Shown here: one piece after another, positions 35,401 through 48,989 of the stretch | How the letters are laid out: each line of letters opens with the position of its first letter | Numbering within the stretch: the first letter of the stretch is position 1 | From: Eledone cirrhosa | Lineage: Eukaryota | Direction: 5' to 3' | Assembly (NCBI GenBank): GCA_964016885.1 | Contig: OZ024740.1 | Span: forward strand, 217,372,001 to 217,436,000 | Length of the DNA stretch: 64,000 nucleotides | Position numbers and translations under genes: made by a program | Notes under the pieces: model-generated | What the model saw: only the letters and a program-made list of their open reading frames with translations | Database searches by the model: none | Told to the model about the DNA's origin: nothing

Positions 35401-38083
35401 TAAATTGTGGACAACCTACACTAGTCTTATCTGTTTCCCTACAGAATATCATATCTAAATACGATCTGGATGACCCGATGCGGTTTGCCCATGTCCACAT
35501 TGGCACATTCGGAGAATCCAGTCTATACCTGTCAGACAGTTCAAAACGTCTGAGCAAGTTGTTGAGGCTTTTACACCCGCCTCCTCTGTCTACTAGCCCC
35601 ACATAATCCCAGCGTGTATCTAAGATACCGTTCCAGTCGCCCATTAACACTAAATAGCGGGACGTTCCAAGAAAGGTCTCTAGACGTCTAAAGAAATCTG
35701 GCCGTCCTACACCCTATTGGGGCGTAGACGGCTAGTAGCCTGAAAGCATTGCCTTCGCTGCCGGTCACGTCCAGCACCACCAATTTACCTTCTGGGTCCA
35801 GGAAGATGGCCCGTATGGCGAAATCCAAGCCTCTCCGAAAAAGCACAGTACATCCTCCCCCCCCCCCTCCCGATCCTGAACGGCTGGGAGATACGTATAC
35901 ATCGTAGCCGCCGAAGATCGTGCTTCGGAGATTCTGGTCTCGCTGATGGCCACCACATCTATGTTTAGTGACCTGAGGTCGTTGAGCAGGTGACCCTGCT
36001 TCGAAGATGACCCCAGGCCACGTACATTTATATTGCCTATTCTAAGTTTGACCATGCTGGGTGAAGAACGGGGTAAGTCAGAAAGAATCACTTACCTTGA
36101 TCGTTTGGGGAAGGGACAGTAGAACCGTCCCTTCGGCTGGTCAGGGATGTGTCCAAGATGATATCTCTATAGAATCTCTTGGAGAGTGAATGCCTGAAAT
36201 CCCCAACGCAGTTGGGGAATTTTTGTTTTATTTGTTTGTAATCTTCGAGTTCAATTTTCACAATGTTAATATTTTTTGGTAATGTTCTTGGTGTCGGTGG
36301 GGTGTAGTAATTTACGTCTGAAATATCGGTGTGCTATTTTATATATTCCATTAATCCTTGGTGTGCAATGTTTATGGTTGTGTACTTTTTTGGGGGAGGG
36401 TTGGTTTTGTTGCTGTTTTCTTGTTGTTGCTGTTGGGTGTGTGTGCTTTGTTGTGTTTGCAATGTTGCTGTTTGTGGTGATGCTGGGTGGTTGTTGTTGG
36501 TGGTGATGGTGGTGGCGTTGCTGCAAGTCGCCTTGCAGCCTTTATCCTTCTTTGTTTGTCCTCGCTTTTGGAGTTGCGAAGTTAAGTGGTTCTTTCGTTT
36601 TTGTTTTTTTTGGCAGACCTTTTGCCACTTGACTCCCGCCTCATACACCATGTCGGATTCCGTGGCGTCTGGGAATGGCTATGTGCTCCACGGCTGTTGG
36701 TGGTGGTTATATAGCACTCTCCGGCGATTTTGTTGCTGGTGCAGCTAATGCAAATGGTGTTGCCGCCACTGCTGCCGCTGTTTTAGTTGTCCGTGGCCTT
36801 GGTACAAGTGCCACGGACGTTGCCTTCCTACTCACTGTGGAAGGGTCTTCTGCCTCTGTTGCCTGCCCTGCTCTTGGTAGCAGCGTATCAGGCGTCGGAA
36901 GGAGGGGGGGGCTCTTCTTGGCTGTCTTCTGCGGGCAAAAGGCCCTAAGGTGAACCTTTAACCCACATAGATAGCACTTTGGTCGCCTTCCTTCCACGCT
37001 TATAGGGAGTTGGAGTCCTTACTCGAGATCTATGATATCTGGGATGGTCTCGATACACTCCTGGTCAGTTTGTATTAGTATTTACATGCCTATACCTGAC
37101 CAGTTCTCTCTTCCCATTCTCTGTATTTGTAGTATGTGGTCTTGTCCAGCAAGGACAGACGCGGCCAGCACGTCGGGCGGGACCTGGGTCACTTTGACCC
37201 TCACAATTTTCTGCCCGCAGTAGGAGGGCACCAAGACTATCTCCTCACTCTTTAGGGTTTCCAAAGAGTGAGACTTCGCCTCTTGGGGGGTGGCGAAAAG
37301 TACGTCTACTGTGGCATACTTTTTGCCTCGGGTGATGTGGGTTTTGTGCGCCTAGACGCACCACAAGGCCTTTTGGATTTGAGCCTCCGTAGCTCTCTCC
37401 CCCCGATGTGACATTTTGTTTACGATGCGGTAAGTCACCGTCCGTAGCTGTTGGTCCTTGAAAAAATTGGGTGGAGGTTTCAGGGAAACTCTATTGTCAT
37501 TTCTTGTCATCATGGCCCTTGCGACTGCTGTCTCCTCCTTTGTGACTAGCACTGTTTCTATATTTCGGGCCACACTTGCGAAAGAAGTGGCCCCTTTTTC
37601 AGCGGCACCATTATTGCTGCCGCTACTGCTGCTACTGGTCTTGTTGTGGGTGCTGTTGCTGTTGCTACTGCTGCAAACGGTGTTGTTGCTGTTATCACTG
37701 TTGTAGTTGGTTTTGATTTTGGTTCCACCGTTGTTGCTGTTCTCTGTGCTATTTATATTGTTGCTGTTGGTGTTGTCGTTGTTCATTTTCTTGTTAGTGG
37801 TGTTAATATCGTTGTTGCATTTGTTGTCATTTTTTTCTGTTGTCTGTATTTTGGTTGTCGCTGTTATTGTTGTAGTTGGTGTGGTAATTAAAAAGAAAAT
37901 TAGTGTTCAAGTAAAATGTTCAAATATTTGGACCAAAATGCCCAAATATTATACTTTCCCCCTCACAGGGCAAAGTCCAAGGGCTTATATCACTTACACA
38001 ACAAGAAAATTTAACAACAAATAATTATAACAGGTGAATAAAGTGACTTACTGGGAGCCAGCAAAAAGACGTCCGATCAGACC
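32411..38083 (-). mobile_element. Full-length but degenerate Tx1-like LINE: 5'UTR, ORF1 (Asn-rich, CCHC knuckle), spacer, ORF2 (APE endonuclease, RT, zf)
   Basis: CYLCGLKVHLRAFC knuckle; ORF2 start MVKLRIGNINVRGL (36055), ISET, GDWN, SYLD, GYWKLN, RT motifs; many frameshifts. Confidence 0.95.
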
Positions 38084-38205
38084 AATAATTGTTTCTACTT
38101 TTGGCACAAGGGCAGCAATTATCCAGTGCATTACTGGTACTTTATTTTATCGACCCCATAAGGATGAAAGGCAAAGTTAACCTCGGCGGGATTTGAACTC
38201 AGAAT
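38084..38205 (-). mobile_element. tRNA-derived SINE, 3' part
   Basis: Same family as 3550-3738; B box present. Confidence 0.85.
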
Positions 38206-38239
38206 GGCATGGGCCGTAACTCTATGCGTATAATAATAA

Positions 38240-38535
38240 TGAAGGCAATCCGTCATTTACAACGACGATTGTTCCAGTTGATACGATCAACGGAACAGCC
38301 TGTTCATGAAATAAACGTGCAAGTGGCTGAGCATTCCACCGACATGCGTATCCTTAACGTAGTTCTCAGGGAGATTCAGCGTGACACATAATGTGACAAG
38401 GCTGGTCCTTCGAATTACAGGTACAACTCATTTTTGCCAGCTGAGTGGACTGGAGCAACATGAAATAAAGTGTCTTGCTTAAGGACACAACGCGCCGCCG
38501 GGAATCGAACTCACGACCTTGCGATTGTGAAGCAA
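38240..38535 (-). mobile_element. Second tRNA-derived SINE family
   Basis: Minus strand GAGTTCGATTCCCGG B box, GTGTCCTTAAGCAAGACACTTTATTTCA, GTTGCTCCAGTCCACTCAGCT. Confidence 0.8.
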
Positions 38536-38567
38536 AACTGCACGCCTTCACACACACACACATGTAT

Positions 38568-38619
<52 letters not shown>

Positions 38620-39170
38620 GTATATATACACACACACACACATATGTATACGCGCACATGATTTTGGCTCGATTTCTACTGCTGGATGCCCTTCCTAACA
38701 CCAACCTCATTTACAGTGAGTACTGGGTGCTTTTTTACTGTGGCGCTTACACGACCACTTTACAGTGTGGGCTGGGTGCTTTTTTGTCGTGACACCTCCA
38801 GGGCCACTTTGCAGTGGGAGGGGGTGGAGGCATATTGTCTATATGCTTAGTAACTGGTAATGTCAAACAGAATAAATTTTAGTTTGTTTTTATTATTCAG
38901 GTCATTGAACCAGTCTATCACATCAGAAGTACCCAACGATAAATTTAATTGAGAATTAGAGCAAACATGTGGGATAATTCTATCCAAGATGGATTTACTA
39001 ACAACCCTCCTTCCTTCTTAAATTTTTCCTCCGTTATTTTCTCCTTCTTTTTCCTTTTCCCTCTTCCTTCTTTTTTCCAATCTTCTCTCTCCTTTTATAT
39101 TTTTTTATCATATGTTGACTGGACACTTTCTTGTTCACAAGTGTTTTTTAGGCATCATATCATGTTACCT

Positions 39171-39241
39171 TATTTTATCTGATGAGAACGGAACTATCGC
39201 CCCAGGATGACATTTGTTTTTGAAATGCGCATAATAAAATA
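39171..39241 (+). ncRNA. Minimal hammerhead in PLE 5' pLTR
   Basis: TATTTTAT-CTGATGA-GAAC..GTTTT-GAAA-TGCGCA-TA-ATAAAATA; palindromic stem III. Confidence 0.85.
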
Positions 39242-39440
39242 TATGGAACTTTTTAACCATTTTTTAATTTCTTCTTATATATACTCCAGTTCTATCAACT
39301 GTTGAGTGCTACTTATCTGATATATGCATAGTTTTATTGTTCTACAATAAAACTCACCCCCTTCATTAACCTGCTCCTTGATTGTTTGAGCGCTAACTCT
39401 TATATCGGATACCATTGATGGTCTCTACTTCTTTTATAGC

Positions 39441-40151
39441 ATGGATTACTACAGCATCACAACTTCACTTAAAGACATACCTATTCCGGGAAAAACTGAA
39501 TACATCAAACTTTTGATTGAAAAAACGGACTCTTTCGTGCGAAGGCTTAGATGGATCCCATCTTTCCATGACCAGCGCTTAAAAGGAAATTTTTATATAA
39601 AGGAACATAATAATATTGATTCATTATTTAACTCCAGAAGAAATCCTCCTTTCAATAAAAACCTAGCACATTTTGAAAATGAATTAACTAAAATTATACG
39701 GGGACTTAAATTCAAAATAAACCCTTATCGAGGCCAGGAACACCTTATCAACCTTAAGAATAAAATGATCGACCTTAATTCTTCTAAAAACGTTTTAGTT
39801 CATTCTGACAAAACTAATAATGTATACGGTATAACTAAAGATAAATATAATAACCTTATCCTTAAAGAACTAAGGAAAAATTATCGCGAAACCACCCACG
39901 ATAATCTTGAGTCTATTAATTTCGAAGCATTTGAGATTATTTCTAAACTTGGTATCGGGAAAAAAACTGAACCCTTCTTCCCAAGAATTCCCAGGATTAA
40001 TCTGAAAGAGCACAAAACAAATTTTCGATCTGAATTGCCTGTAAGACTAATTTCCCCCTCTAAATCCGATCTAGGGGTTGTTAGTAAATCCATCTTGGAT
40101 AGAATTATCCCACAGGTTTGCTCTAATTCTCAATATGATTTTATAAATTAA
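39441..40151 (+). CDS. Penelope-like element ORF, N-terminal part, truncated before the RT core
   Basis: SLKDIPIP..YIKLLIEK..FVRRLRW, SDKTNN, LKEHKTNF...VRLISPSKSDLG..SK.ILD; 200 bp downstream of a hammerhead. Confidence 0.8.
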   Translation: MDYYSITTSLKDIPIPGKTEYIKLLIEKTDSFVRRLRWIPSFHDQRLKGNFYIKEHNNIDSLFNSRRNPPFNKNLAHFENELTKIIRGLKFKINPYRGQEHLINLKNKMIDLNSSKNVLVHSDKTNNVYGITKDKYNNLILKELRKNYRETTHDNLESINFEAFEIISKLGIGKKTEPFFPRIPRINLKEHKTNFRSELPVRLISPSKSDLGVVSKSILDRIIPQVCSNSQYDFIN

Positions 40152-40811
40152 ATATGATAGTATACTTTAAAATTAATACAGAGATTTATAAAATTTTATA
40201 GCCTGAAATATTATACACTTTGATTAATTCATTACTCTGAACTAACTTAAATGATTTGAAAGTTAACGGTCAACCGGATACGTTTGGATAGTATATATAA
40301 TTAATTAACTATAGACTGGAAATTAACCTTCATATAATTACACCCAGTTATATTTAAGATTTAAATTGATGAATACTTCTAGATAATTCATTAATTCAAA
40401 GATTCGAGTTTACTCTTTCGCAAAGCTATGTCCAAATGTATAGTTCTGTATGGATATATATAATTCATCCCTCCCTATGTTTTACACTATAAAAATTATT
40501 CCCCTTTGTCTCTCTTTCCTTGATCAATTCTCTTTTGCTCTCTATACTTCTACTAGCTACATTATCCCCTTTCTCTGTCTTTCTTTTTTCTTTCGTCTTT
40601 CTTCAATAATTTAAATTATTTGAATCTCTAACAGTTATGTAAATTGCTGTTATGTATTTTTAAGCTTTCTCACACGCACCCTCTGTATTATATGTAAGTT
40701 TTTTCATGTCTCAATCTTAAGGTATATAAATATTGAGTTTTGTCATATGTTACTCACTACCATGACTGAATCTTAACCATCTACTATGTCAGGGTATGTC
40801 ATGCATCATCT

Positions 40812-40878
40812 TATTTTATCTGATGAGGACGTACTGTTGAAGTTAGCTCAGTACCTCTGAAATATGTATAATAAAATA
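40812..40878 (+). ncRNA. Minimal hammerhead in PLE 3' pLTR
   Basis: TATTTTAT-CTGATGA-GG.GTACTG..CAGTACCT-GAAA-TATGTA-TA-ATAAAATA. Confidence 0.8.
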
Positions 40879-41034
40879 TACTTGATCACAAGAATTGTGT
40901 ATTTTTGTTAATATTTTGAATTAATATTAATAACTCCGGAAAACCATTTCTATTGAGTGCTTCCAATCTATTGTAAAACTCATTCTTTGATTTATTCATT
41001 GAACCTTGTTTAACCTTTAAATATATATATATAT

Positions 41035-41305
41035 ATAGTGAAAGAGTGAAGAATAACATGGTCGGCTGTACAAAAAAGGTTTTATTTACAGTATTAACAA
41101 TTGAACAATTGTTTCATTGATCAGGTGTGTCTAAAGGCCGCTAATCACTAGAAGTTGCTTCACCCGACCTTAAATACATTGTGTGTCTCTGATTAAATCA
41201 TCGGAATACTGGCCTCGAGACTCACCTGATCAATGAAACAATTGTTAATACTGTAAATAAACCCTTTTTGTACAGCCGACCATGTTATTCTTCACTCTTT
41301 CACTA
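41035..41305. repeat. Inverted repeat with a degenerate hammerhead (41091-41209, minus strand)
   Basis: Arms 41035-41135 and 41222-41305; GTATT-CCGATGA...GAAA-CAATTG-TT..AATAC. Confidence 0.65.
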
Positions 41306-41724
41306 CTCTTACTCCAAGAATAACCTACATGGTAATTCTCGCAAACTCGCTGCTCAACTAAGGAAACCTCTTGTTGAGTCAAACAACGCCGTACGTTAAA
41401 ACTATCCATAGTACAGAATACTCACAACCTCTAACTGGGGATTACCTAAAACCATAACTTTTATAGAGAAGAGAAAACGCAGGAGAGTGTGTTTACAGGT
41501 TCACATGTGAGTCCTTTACTCCGTTATTTTACTTGATATTTGCTCCTCGCGTCTTCTCTTTTCAGTCGAGCACGTTAAATTGAATAGTATAGGCTGCCAT
41601 CTCTAGCGGCTAAATCCTGTTCATACCACCGGTTTCTGCCTCACGCACGTATTTCTCTTTATTCCCACGTGCTGCGAGTTAGTTTCTTTACATTTCTCTG
41701 GTAGTGGAGACAATATCGACTTTG

Positions 41725-41801
41725 CACCTGCTGATGAGCCAAGAGTTGAGTTTGTAACCACTAGCACGGCGAAACGAATTCTTAGCGAATTTTTACAGGT
41801 G
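41725..41801 (+). ncRNA. Type-I hammerhead ribozyme with extended stem III
   Basis: CACCTG-CTGATGA-GCC..GGC-GAAA-CGAATTC/TTAGC/GAATTTT-TA-CAGGTG. Confidence 0.8.
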
Positions 41802-41946
41802 GTGTTTTGTTTTTGAGGCTTGTTTTTCATTTTAATTTATCCTTTTAATTATTATGTTTCTCCTAAACCTCTATTAGCTTATATTCTCTTCACGCTGGTG
41901 GTTGAAATCCTGTAATGAAAACACACTCTCCTCCGTTTTCTCCCCC

Positions 41947-42068
<122 letters not shown>

Positions 42069-42624
42069 TTTATATATATATATAAATGAATAAAGTTAGT
42101 CCTTCATCAGTGATCTTCTAACCTTCATTGGTATTTCATCGCTTTAAAGACCATATACCTCCGGTTGGTGCGAGCAACGGCTAAAGAAAGTCGTTGGGAC
42201 ACGTAAATAAGGGGAACGAGCGAGACTGTAAACAAAAAAAGATGGTAAAGCAACGAAAAGTGAGGAAGAAAGAGTCAAGTCCCAGATTTCCGGTGAAATC
42301 GTGAACGAATATATATATATAAATATACGTATATATAAATATATATAAATATATTTGTATTAGTGCTCCGACATAGTGACATACATATGAATATACGTAT
42401 TAAATGCTTATGAAAAGGCCTTTCGCAATGAATATTAAGGTTGTGACGTCACATACCTAGCTTCAGCAAAAGCAGGGGGAAATAATCGACGATGCCACCG
42501 TCTCTGACTTATAAGTGGTTACTAAGATTACATATCTCTCCGCCTTTACTGAAGCTAAACTAAGCTGGATTCTTTTACAATCCTGCTTACGTTTATGAGC
42601 TAATGTCGGAGCACTAATACATTG

Positions 42625-42930
42625 GTAAAAAAAAAAGACACCCTTCGGTCACGAATGACCACGGGATGTGCCCCTAGAGAGTTCCCTCCAAGGCACAACT
42701 CCGGGCATGGTTGTTTAAGGAAGACTAGTAGTCACCCAACCATGCCAGTCTCCCCTCTCCACACCACCGATGTTGTCCAAGGGAAAGGCAAAAGCCGATA
42801 CAGCTTGGCACTATTGACAATGCAACTCATTTTTACAACTGAGTAAACTAGAACAACGTGAAATAAAGTTGCTCAAGGACACAACACATAACGCAGTCCG
42901 AGAATCGAACTCACAACCTTCCGATTGCAA
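42625..42930 (-). mobile_element. tRNA-derived SINE
   Basis: Minus strand GAGTTCGATTCTC B box; related to 38240-38535. Confidence 0.7.
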
Positions 42931-43524
42931 GCACAACGCTTGAAATTTATGTTAGATGGATAAAAATTCATGCATTCATATTCTTAATGTACTATTACAG
43001 TACCCGTTCCATGCAAATACATTTATAATTCTATTTTAACAAAAACTATAAACGACGTTACTGTGGAAATACACTTTAAATTAAAGCAGAAAGAAATATT
43101 GTCCTTCCTATCAGTCCCCACTACATTAAACAATTATAGCTATAACTGTCGCAGTATTTTTATTTGTCAACTAAATGTAAATAAACTATAAGTCGTATAA
43201 GATACATAACATATTCAACATATCTAAATACACCGTTGGATACCATTAATATAAATACACTTTGGTTTTAGACAGCAACTTTAAAAGATATGGCTCGAAT
43301 GAGATGTCAATCCCACAATTTCAATTGTGGTCACTTCGTTAAAAGAAGTTTACTGATAAAGAGGAATAATTGAGTTGGCCCTCGTAGAATAGACAGTAAT
43401 GCACTCACAAGCCCATAAAATATATTCAGTTAAAATTTCATTAGATTATATATTAAATGAATAAATTCTTCAATTTAATAAGTTGCACTAAATTAAACGA
43501 TTACGAGATATTGTTTCAAATTGT

Positions 43525-43648
43525 ACGGTCTGAGTTCAAATCACGCCGAAGTTTACTGTGACATTCATCCTTACGGGGTCGATAAAATAAAGTACAAGTA
43601 ATACACTGGGATAATTTCTGGCCTTGTGCCAAAAGTAGAAACATTTAT
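43525..43648 (+). mobile_element. SINE 3' fragment
   Basis: Same family as 3550-3738. Confidence 0.8.
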
Positions 43649-44026
43649 TCTAAATTGTATTAAGCTAGAGTTAGTTAGATAAGCAAGAGTCGCCACTGAT
43701 ATAGGTGTATTAATATTTATTAATTATTTCTATCGTGCAATGCCAGTGCATGAATATATTTTTTAAAGTGAGGAAAGACTGTGCACTGAGCCAATCCCAC
43801 TCTCTGAGCGACAGTAGCTATAACCCGAAAAGAAGAAAAGATCAACATCGTCCGTAACTGAGCCGCAGGTTTTATATCGGAGTTATCCCAGCTCCCTGAA
43901 TTGCCTTCTCCTAGAAGAATGCCCTGACAAAGGCTAGGGGTCATTCACTCCCAGTGGTTTAACCGCGCGGTACATGTGTATATACATATTTACACACTTT
44001 TGGATGGCCGTTGACTCTTATGAGTC

Positions 44027-44162
44027 ATACATACATTCATACATACATACATACATACATACATACATACATACATACATACATACATACATACATACAT
44101 ACATACATACATACATACATACATACATACATACATACATACATACATACATACATACATAC
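44027..44162. repeat. (CATA)n tetranucleotide microsatellite
   Basis: Direct reading. Confidence 0.95.
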
Positions 44163-44640
44163 AAACAAAGATATTTGTCCTCTATTATATATAGCTATTA
44201 ACAAGTTTCAAGTGTTTGTGGTCTACCCGTTGACTTCAGAAATTCAAATCCAAATTTCAATGTGTCATGGAAAAATATTTTACAGAAAATCTACAAGAAT
44301 TGTATTGAAACCTGATTGAAGAAATTACCATTAATTCATTAACATTTTCACTAACAAAGTATATATTGTCTAGTTTGGTGTTATAAATTGTTTACAAATC
44401 ATTGTTTGTAAACACATTGATTGACATGTGCAGCAAATTACTTTCAAATATAAATAACTTGGGAATTTGTTTCCCAAGCTATTGTAATATGTCACTGGTA
44501 AAGGTGGCACCCACATCTTCAAGGATATTTCGGGGTAAATGGTGGTTTCTTAAAATGTAAAAATAAATTCAAAAGAAGTGAAAGTGAATAAATTAATGTT
44601 GTTTAATTAATTAATTCAGTTGATCACGTTGAACAGGGAT

Positions 44641-44648
44641 TATATAAA
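44641..44648 (+). promoter_or_regulatory. TATA box of copy 2
   Basis: TATATAAA, paralogous to 19199. Confidence 0.7.
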
Positions 44649-44744
44649 GCGTTATTCTTAGACATTTTGTTAGACCTGTCCTTGTTTCGAACAAGATAAC
44701 AACCATCACAAATCTATAACAGGAAGATAAACCAACTGACCACC

Positions 44745-44805
44745 ATGTTGTACGAAATTTTAGTAGTATTAGCAGCATTTTCATTCGTAAACTGCTACAC
44801 CAACT
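44745..44805 (+). CDS. Copy 2 exon 1: signal peptide MLYEILVVLAAFSFVNCYTN
   Basis: CACCATG, donor T|GTAAGT. Confidence 0.88.
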
Positions 44806-45704
44806 GTAAGTAAATCATATTACTATATTTTGTATATTTCTTGGTTTCTTTCTTCATATTATTATGATCTCTGAGTTACACACTCTATCGAGCAACGTTA
44901 CTCCAGCCGACTGATTTTACACCTGCCAGTCGTGATACCATTTACAACCCGGCTACGCATGTAAATCTTGTTCATAAAAGTAATGAACAGGAGAGTAGGC
45001 AGTATGCACCCTCGGCGGAATCCTTCTCTCTCATTTAATGGTATCGATTTAGCACCATTTGTCCGAAAATAAATTCTCCTCTATAATCGTATAGAGACAG
45101 CAGGGAAGCAAGAAGCTGACAATCGATCCCATACTCCTGCAGAACCTTCCACAGCAGGTTTCGACTAAAATGCTGCTTTTCAAAATATATTTTGAAATAA
45201 TTCTAGTCTACATTAATGTAATCTGGACGACAACAGAAACAAGTAAATTCTCAACCACAGAAGAAACTCTAAAAATAAAAAAAAAAGGACAGACGCTGGA
45301 TATCGTTCCAAAAGATAAAAAAATGAAGGGCAAATTTCAAGAGAGTAGACTTTGTAGCAGATGACATTTCGTGTTTAAAGTATAGATTCTGATTGAACAT
45401 GTTTTAAAAAGATAAGTTATAACACTGGCCATCCCTTTAAATCACAAATATTTTCCTTATTGCAGTAGCTGTGAAATACATATATTTCTAGGGTTAATGG
45501 GGGTTTAATTTGATGGAATATCAGATTTAATGAAGCCTATCACATTGCTAAGGATAGGGAACCAATAGTGAAAACAAAATAGTGAATATAGAGTGAAGAA
45601 AATCAGTTCTGTTGGAGACCGTTTTATGGAATCAGAAGATGGTGAAGAAATAATCATATTCTATTCTAAAAAAGGGAGTCTTTAACACTGTCTCTGCTCT
45701 TAAT

Positions 45705-45761
<57 letters not shown>

Positions 45762-46341
45762 AGGTGATACGTGCACGTACACTGTTTTCTGATAGATATG
45801 TTAATACAAAGATATTGTAATAGATTCAGGTGTCCATATGTCTGTCACATTTGTTGTAATTTACTAATGTAAGAAAATATTTTGAACTAGAAAAGGTGTT
45901 GCACTCAATATATAATAACAGTTTTATTTAATATGAGTTTAAAACTCATTATCTTGTGAAACGACATAATATTTTTGAGGGCCCTGATTAGGACAAGAAA
46001 AAAACATTAGATATTTTAAAGAAAAGAGTTAAACATTTACATCGTTAAGTAGTATATCTAATTGTTATAGATACAATAAAATAATACAACATTTTATAAA
46101 CAAACAGAAATAATTATGATTGAAATCTAATTATTTTGCGAAACCCCAAAATGTTTTGAGGGACCTCACTGTGGAAAATACAGCATTAAATATTTGAAAT
46201 TGTTTACATTAATGCAAAGAGTTTAACTTTGATACTGTTAAGTATTTTTATATCTAATTGTTATAGATTCCATACAAATAGAAATATCAATGATGTATAT
46301 TAAAGCTATATATTGAGATGATAATGTTATTCTTTTTACAG

Positions 46342-48041
46342 ATGAATGTACCCATAATGGAAGAAGGTATGAAGGTGCATTTAGCATCGACTGTAACACG
46401 TGTGTGTGTCTTGAAAGTGGACGAGCGCAGTGTTCAAATAAGATATGTGACTATGGACAACGATCAACATGTTGGTATGAAGGTAGACGTTACACAGTAG
46501 GACAGACAATCCAACAGTCATGTAATACATGTGTATGCAGAGCCAATGGTCAAATGGATTGTACAAAGAATACATGTCAGTGTACATATAAAGGACAAAA
46601 TTACAATATTGGCCAGAGGTTTAATGAGGATTGCAACCAATGTGAATGTTTATCTAGTGGTATTGTACGGTGTTCTAACAAACGATGTCAATGTTTTGCC
46701 AATGGAAGAACATATCCAGTGGGGGCTACCTTTCAAAGGGAATGTAACACTTGCAAGTGTGACATTAACGGCAGAATAGTGTGTTCTGACAACATATGTA
46801 ACTGTTTTGAAAATGGAAGATCTTACCCTATTGGTGCTACATTTAGCAAGGACTGCAATACATGCACATGTCAACAACATGGACAGGTCCGATGTACAAA
46901 TAACCCGTGTCAATGTACACATAAAGGACAGGTTTATCAAGTTCGTCAAAGATTTAATGATGATTGCAACCAATGTGAATGTTTATCTAGCGGTACAGTG
47001 CAGTGTTCTAACAAGGCATGTCAATGTTTTGAAAATGGAAGATCTTACCCCATTGGTGCTACATTTAGCAAGGACTGCAATACATGCACATGTCAAATAG
47101 ATGGTCGTATACAGTGTACAAGCAACGCATGTACTTGCACCTATAACAATATGGCTTATAATTTCGGACAACAATTCAGGAAAGGTTGTAACACCTGCAC
47201 TTGTCAACAAAATGGACAGGTCCAATGTACAAATAACCCATGTCAATGTACATATAAAGGACAGGTTTATCAGATTCGTCAAAGATTTAACGATGATTGT
47301 AACCAATGTGAATGTTTATCTAGTGGTACAGTGCAATGTACCAGTAACGTCTGTCAATGTACATACAACAACCAGGTCTATAATATCGGCGCTTCATTTA
47401 ATCAGGACTGTAACACCTGTAGCTGTCAACAAAATGGACAAGTCCAATGTACAAATAACCCGTGTCAATGTACACATAAAGGACAGGTTTATCAAATTAA
47501 TCAAAGATTTAACGATGATTGTAACCAATGTGAATGTTTATCTAGTGGTACAGTGCAGTGCTCTAACAAGCCATGTCAATGTTTTGAAAATGGAAGATCT
47601 TACCGCATTGGTGCTACATTTAGCAAGGACTGCAATACATGCACATGTCAACAAAATGGACAGTTCCAATGTACAAATAACCCTTGTCAATGTACATACA
47701 ACGGTAAACGTTATGATGTTGGTTCTATATTCTACAATGATTGCAATAAATGTCAGTGCTATGATGATGGAAGAGTCCAATGTGAACAGAAAATATGCCC
47801 CAAACCATGCGTATTCAACGGAAAAACCTATTCTGTGGGAGAATCGTTTAAAAATGACTGCAATACATGTACATGTGGTCAGTTTGGTCAAGTAGGATGT
47901 ACTAACATGTACTGTCCTAAAACATGCCAATACAACGGAAAAATCTACACAGCTGGCCAAATATTCAAGGCTCAAGATAATTGCAATACATGTCGATGTT
48001 CAGCTGGGCAAGTCAAGTGTACCAACTTAATATGTGGTCAA
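46342..48041 (+). CDS. Copy 2 exon 2: 15 tandem six-Cys pacifastin/VWC-like modules
   Basis: Same splice sites as copy 1; open frame, 111 nt longer. Confidence 0.92.
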
Positions 48042-48974
48042 GTGAGTATGGTTTTTATTACTCCTTTATTGTCTCAAATATTTACAATTCCATCTTACCT
48101 CTTATGTAATTTGTAGTCCTTTAGACACATTACACAAAGACATCATTACAATTTCCCTGTGTAATTACTGCTGTGATATAAGAAACAGGGGAACATCATC
48201 ATTAGCATAGCTACCATTTAGTGAATGTTTGTTAGAGTATGACAGAGGTGATGGCATTCATTCATTGCTCCCTTGTGACCGATTAGATTAATTTTAATAA
48301 TCTTTCACATAAATTGCTGCAAGTTGATGCCGGTAGGTATGACGTCAACATGGAGAAAATTCAAGAAGGCCGATATTCTCTGTAGGACAGGTAATGTGTA
48401 AAGGGTTTCTGTGGATCCTGGTGGGCAGACACATTATGAGTGATAAGAAATGGGGATACGATTGAGTTGGAATTGTCTGAGTGGAGGTGACATGAAACCA
48501 ACCATCTTAGAAGCTCTATACCATTGTAGTAGCAGTATAAAGGTTAATGAAATAAGTCATTACGACAGTGATTAAGAGACTGGGGTGTGACTTTAAACCA
48601 ATTAGTGAAGAACTTTTATCTGGATGTAGAACATCATATCTCCAGTCGTATGTCAAAATAGATGGCAATGTTATAGTCACTTTTATATAACTATGAAATA
48701 TATATTCTCTTTCAAAGAAATGCTTCAGTAGGAATGTTATTGGACTTACCAACATTCTGGTTAAAGGTTCAAACGTTCACTGCTGTTTCGTTTAATTTCC
48801 AACTAAGGGAGTTAATTCAACGTAACTTCGTTCCTTTATTTATCGCTAATATATATGTATATCGATATGTTAAGGAATTTTACCTATATCTAAATTGTTA
48901 TATTTTGTAAGTCATTTATTTGATATTGTTTCAATATCAATAGTAATACAATATAAAACTTTATTTCATTACAG

Positions 48975-48989
48975 ACTGGATACTACTAA
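48975..48989 (+). CDS. Copy 2 exon 3 coding part (TGYY*); predicted protein about 591 aa
   Basis: Acceptor TTTCATTACAG. Confidence 0.7.
   Translation, partial: TGYY

Noticed and set aside
42095-42120. Minus-strand CTGATGA
   Set aside because: No matching GAAA or stems; cut by a TA tract
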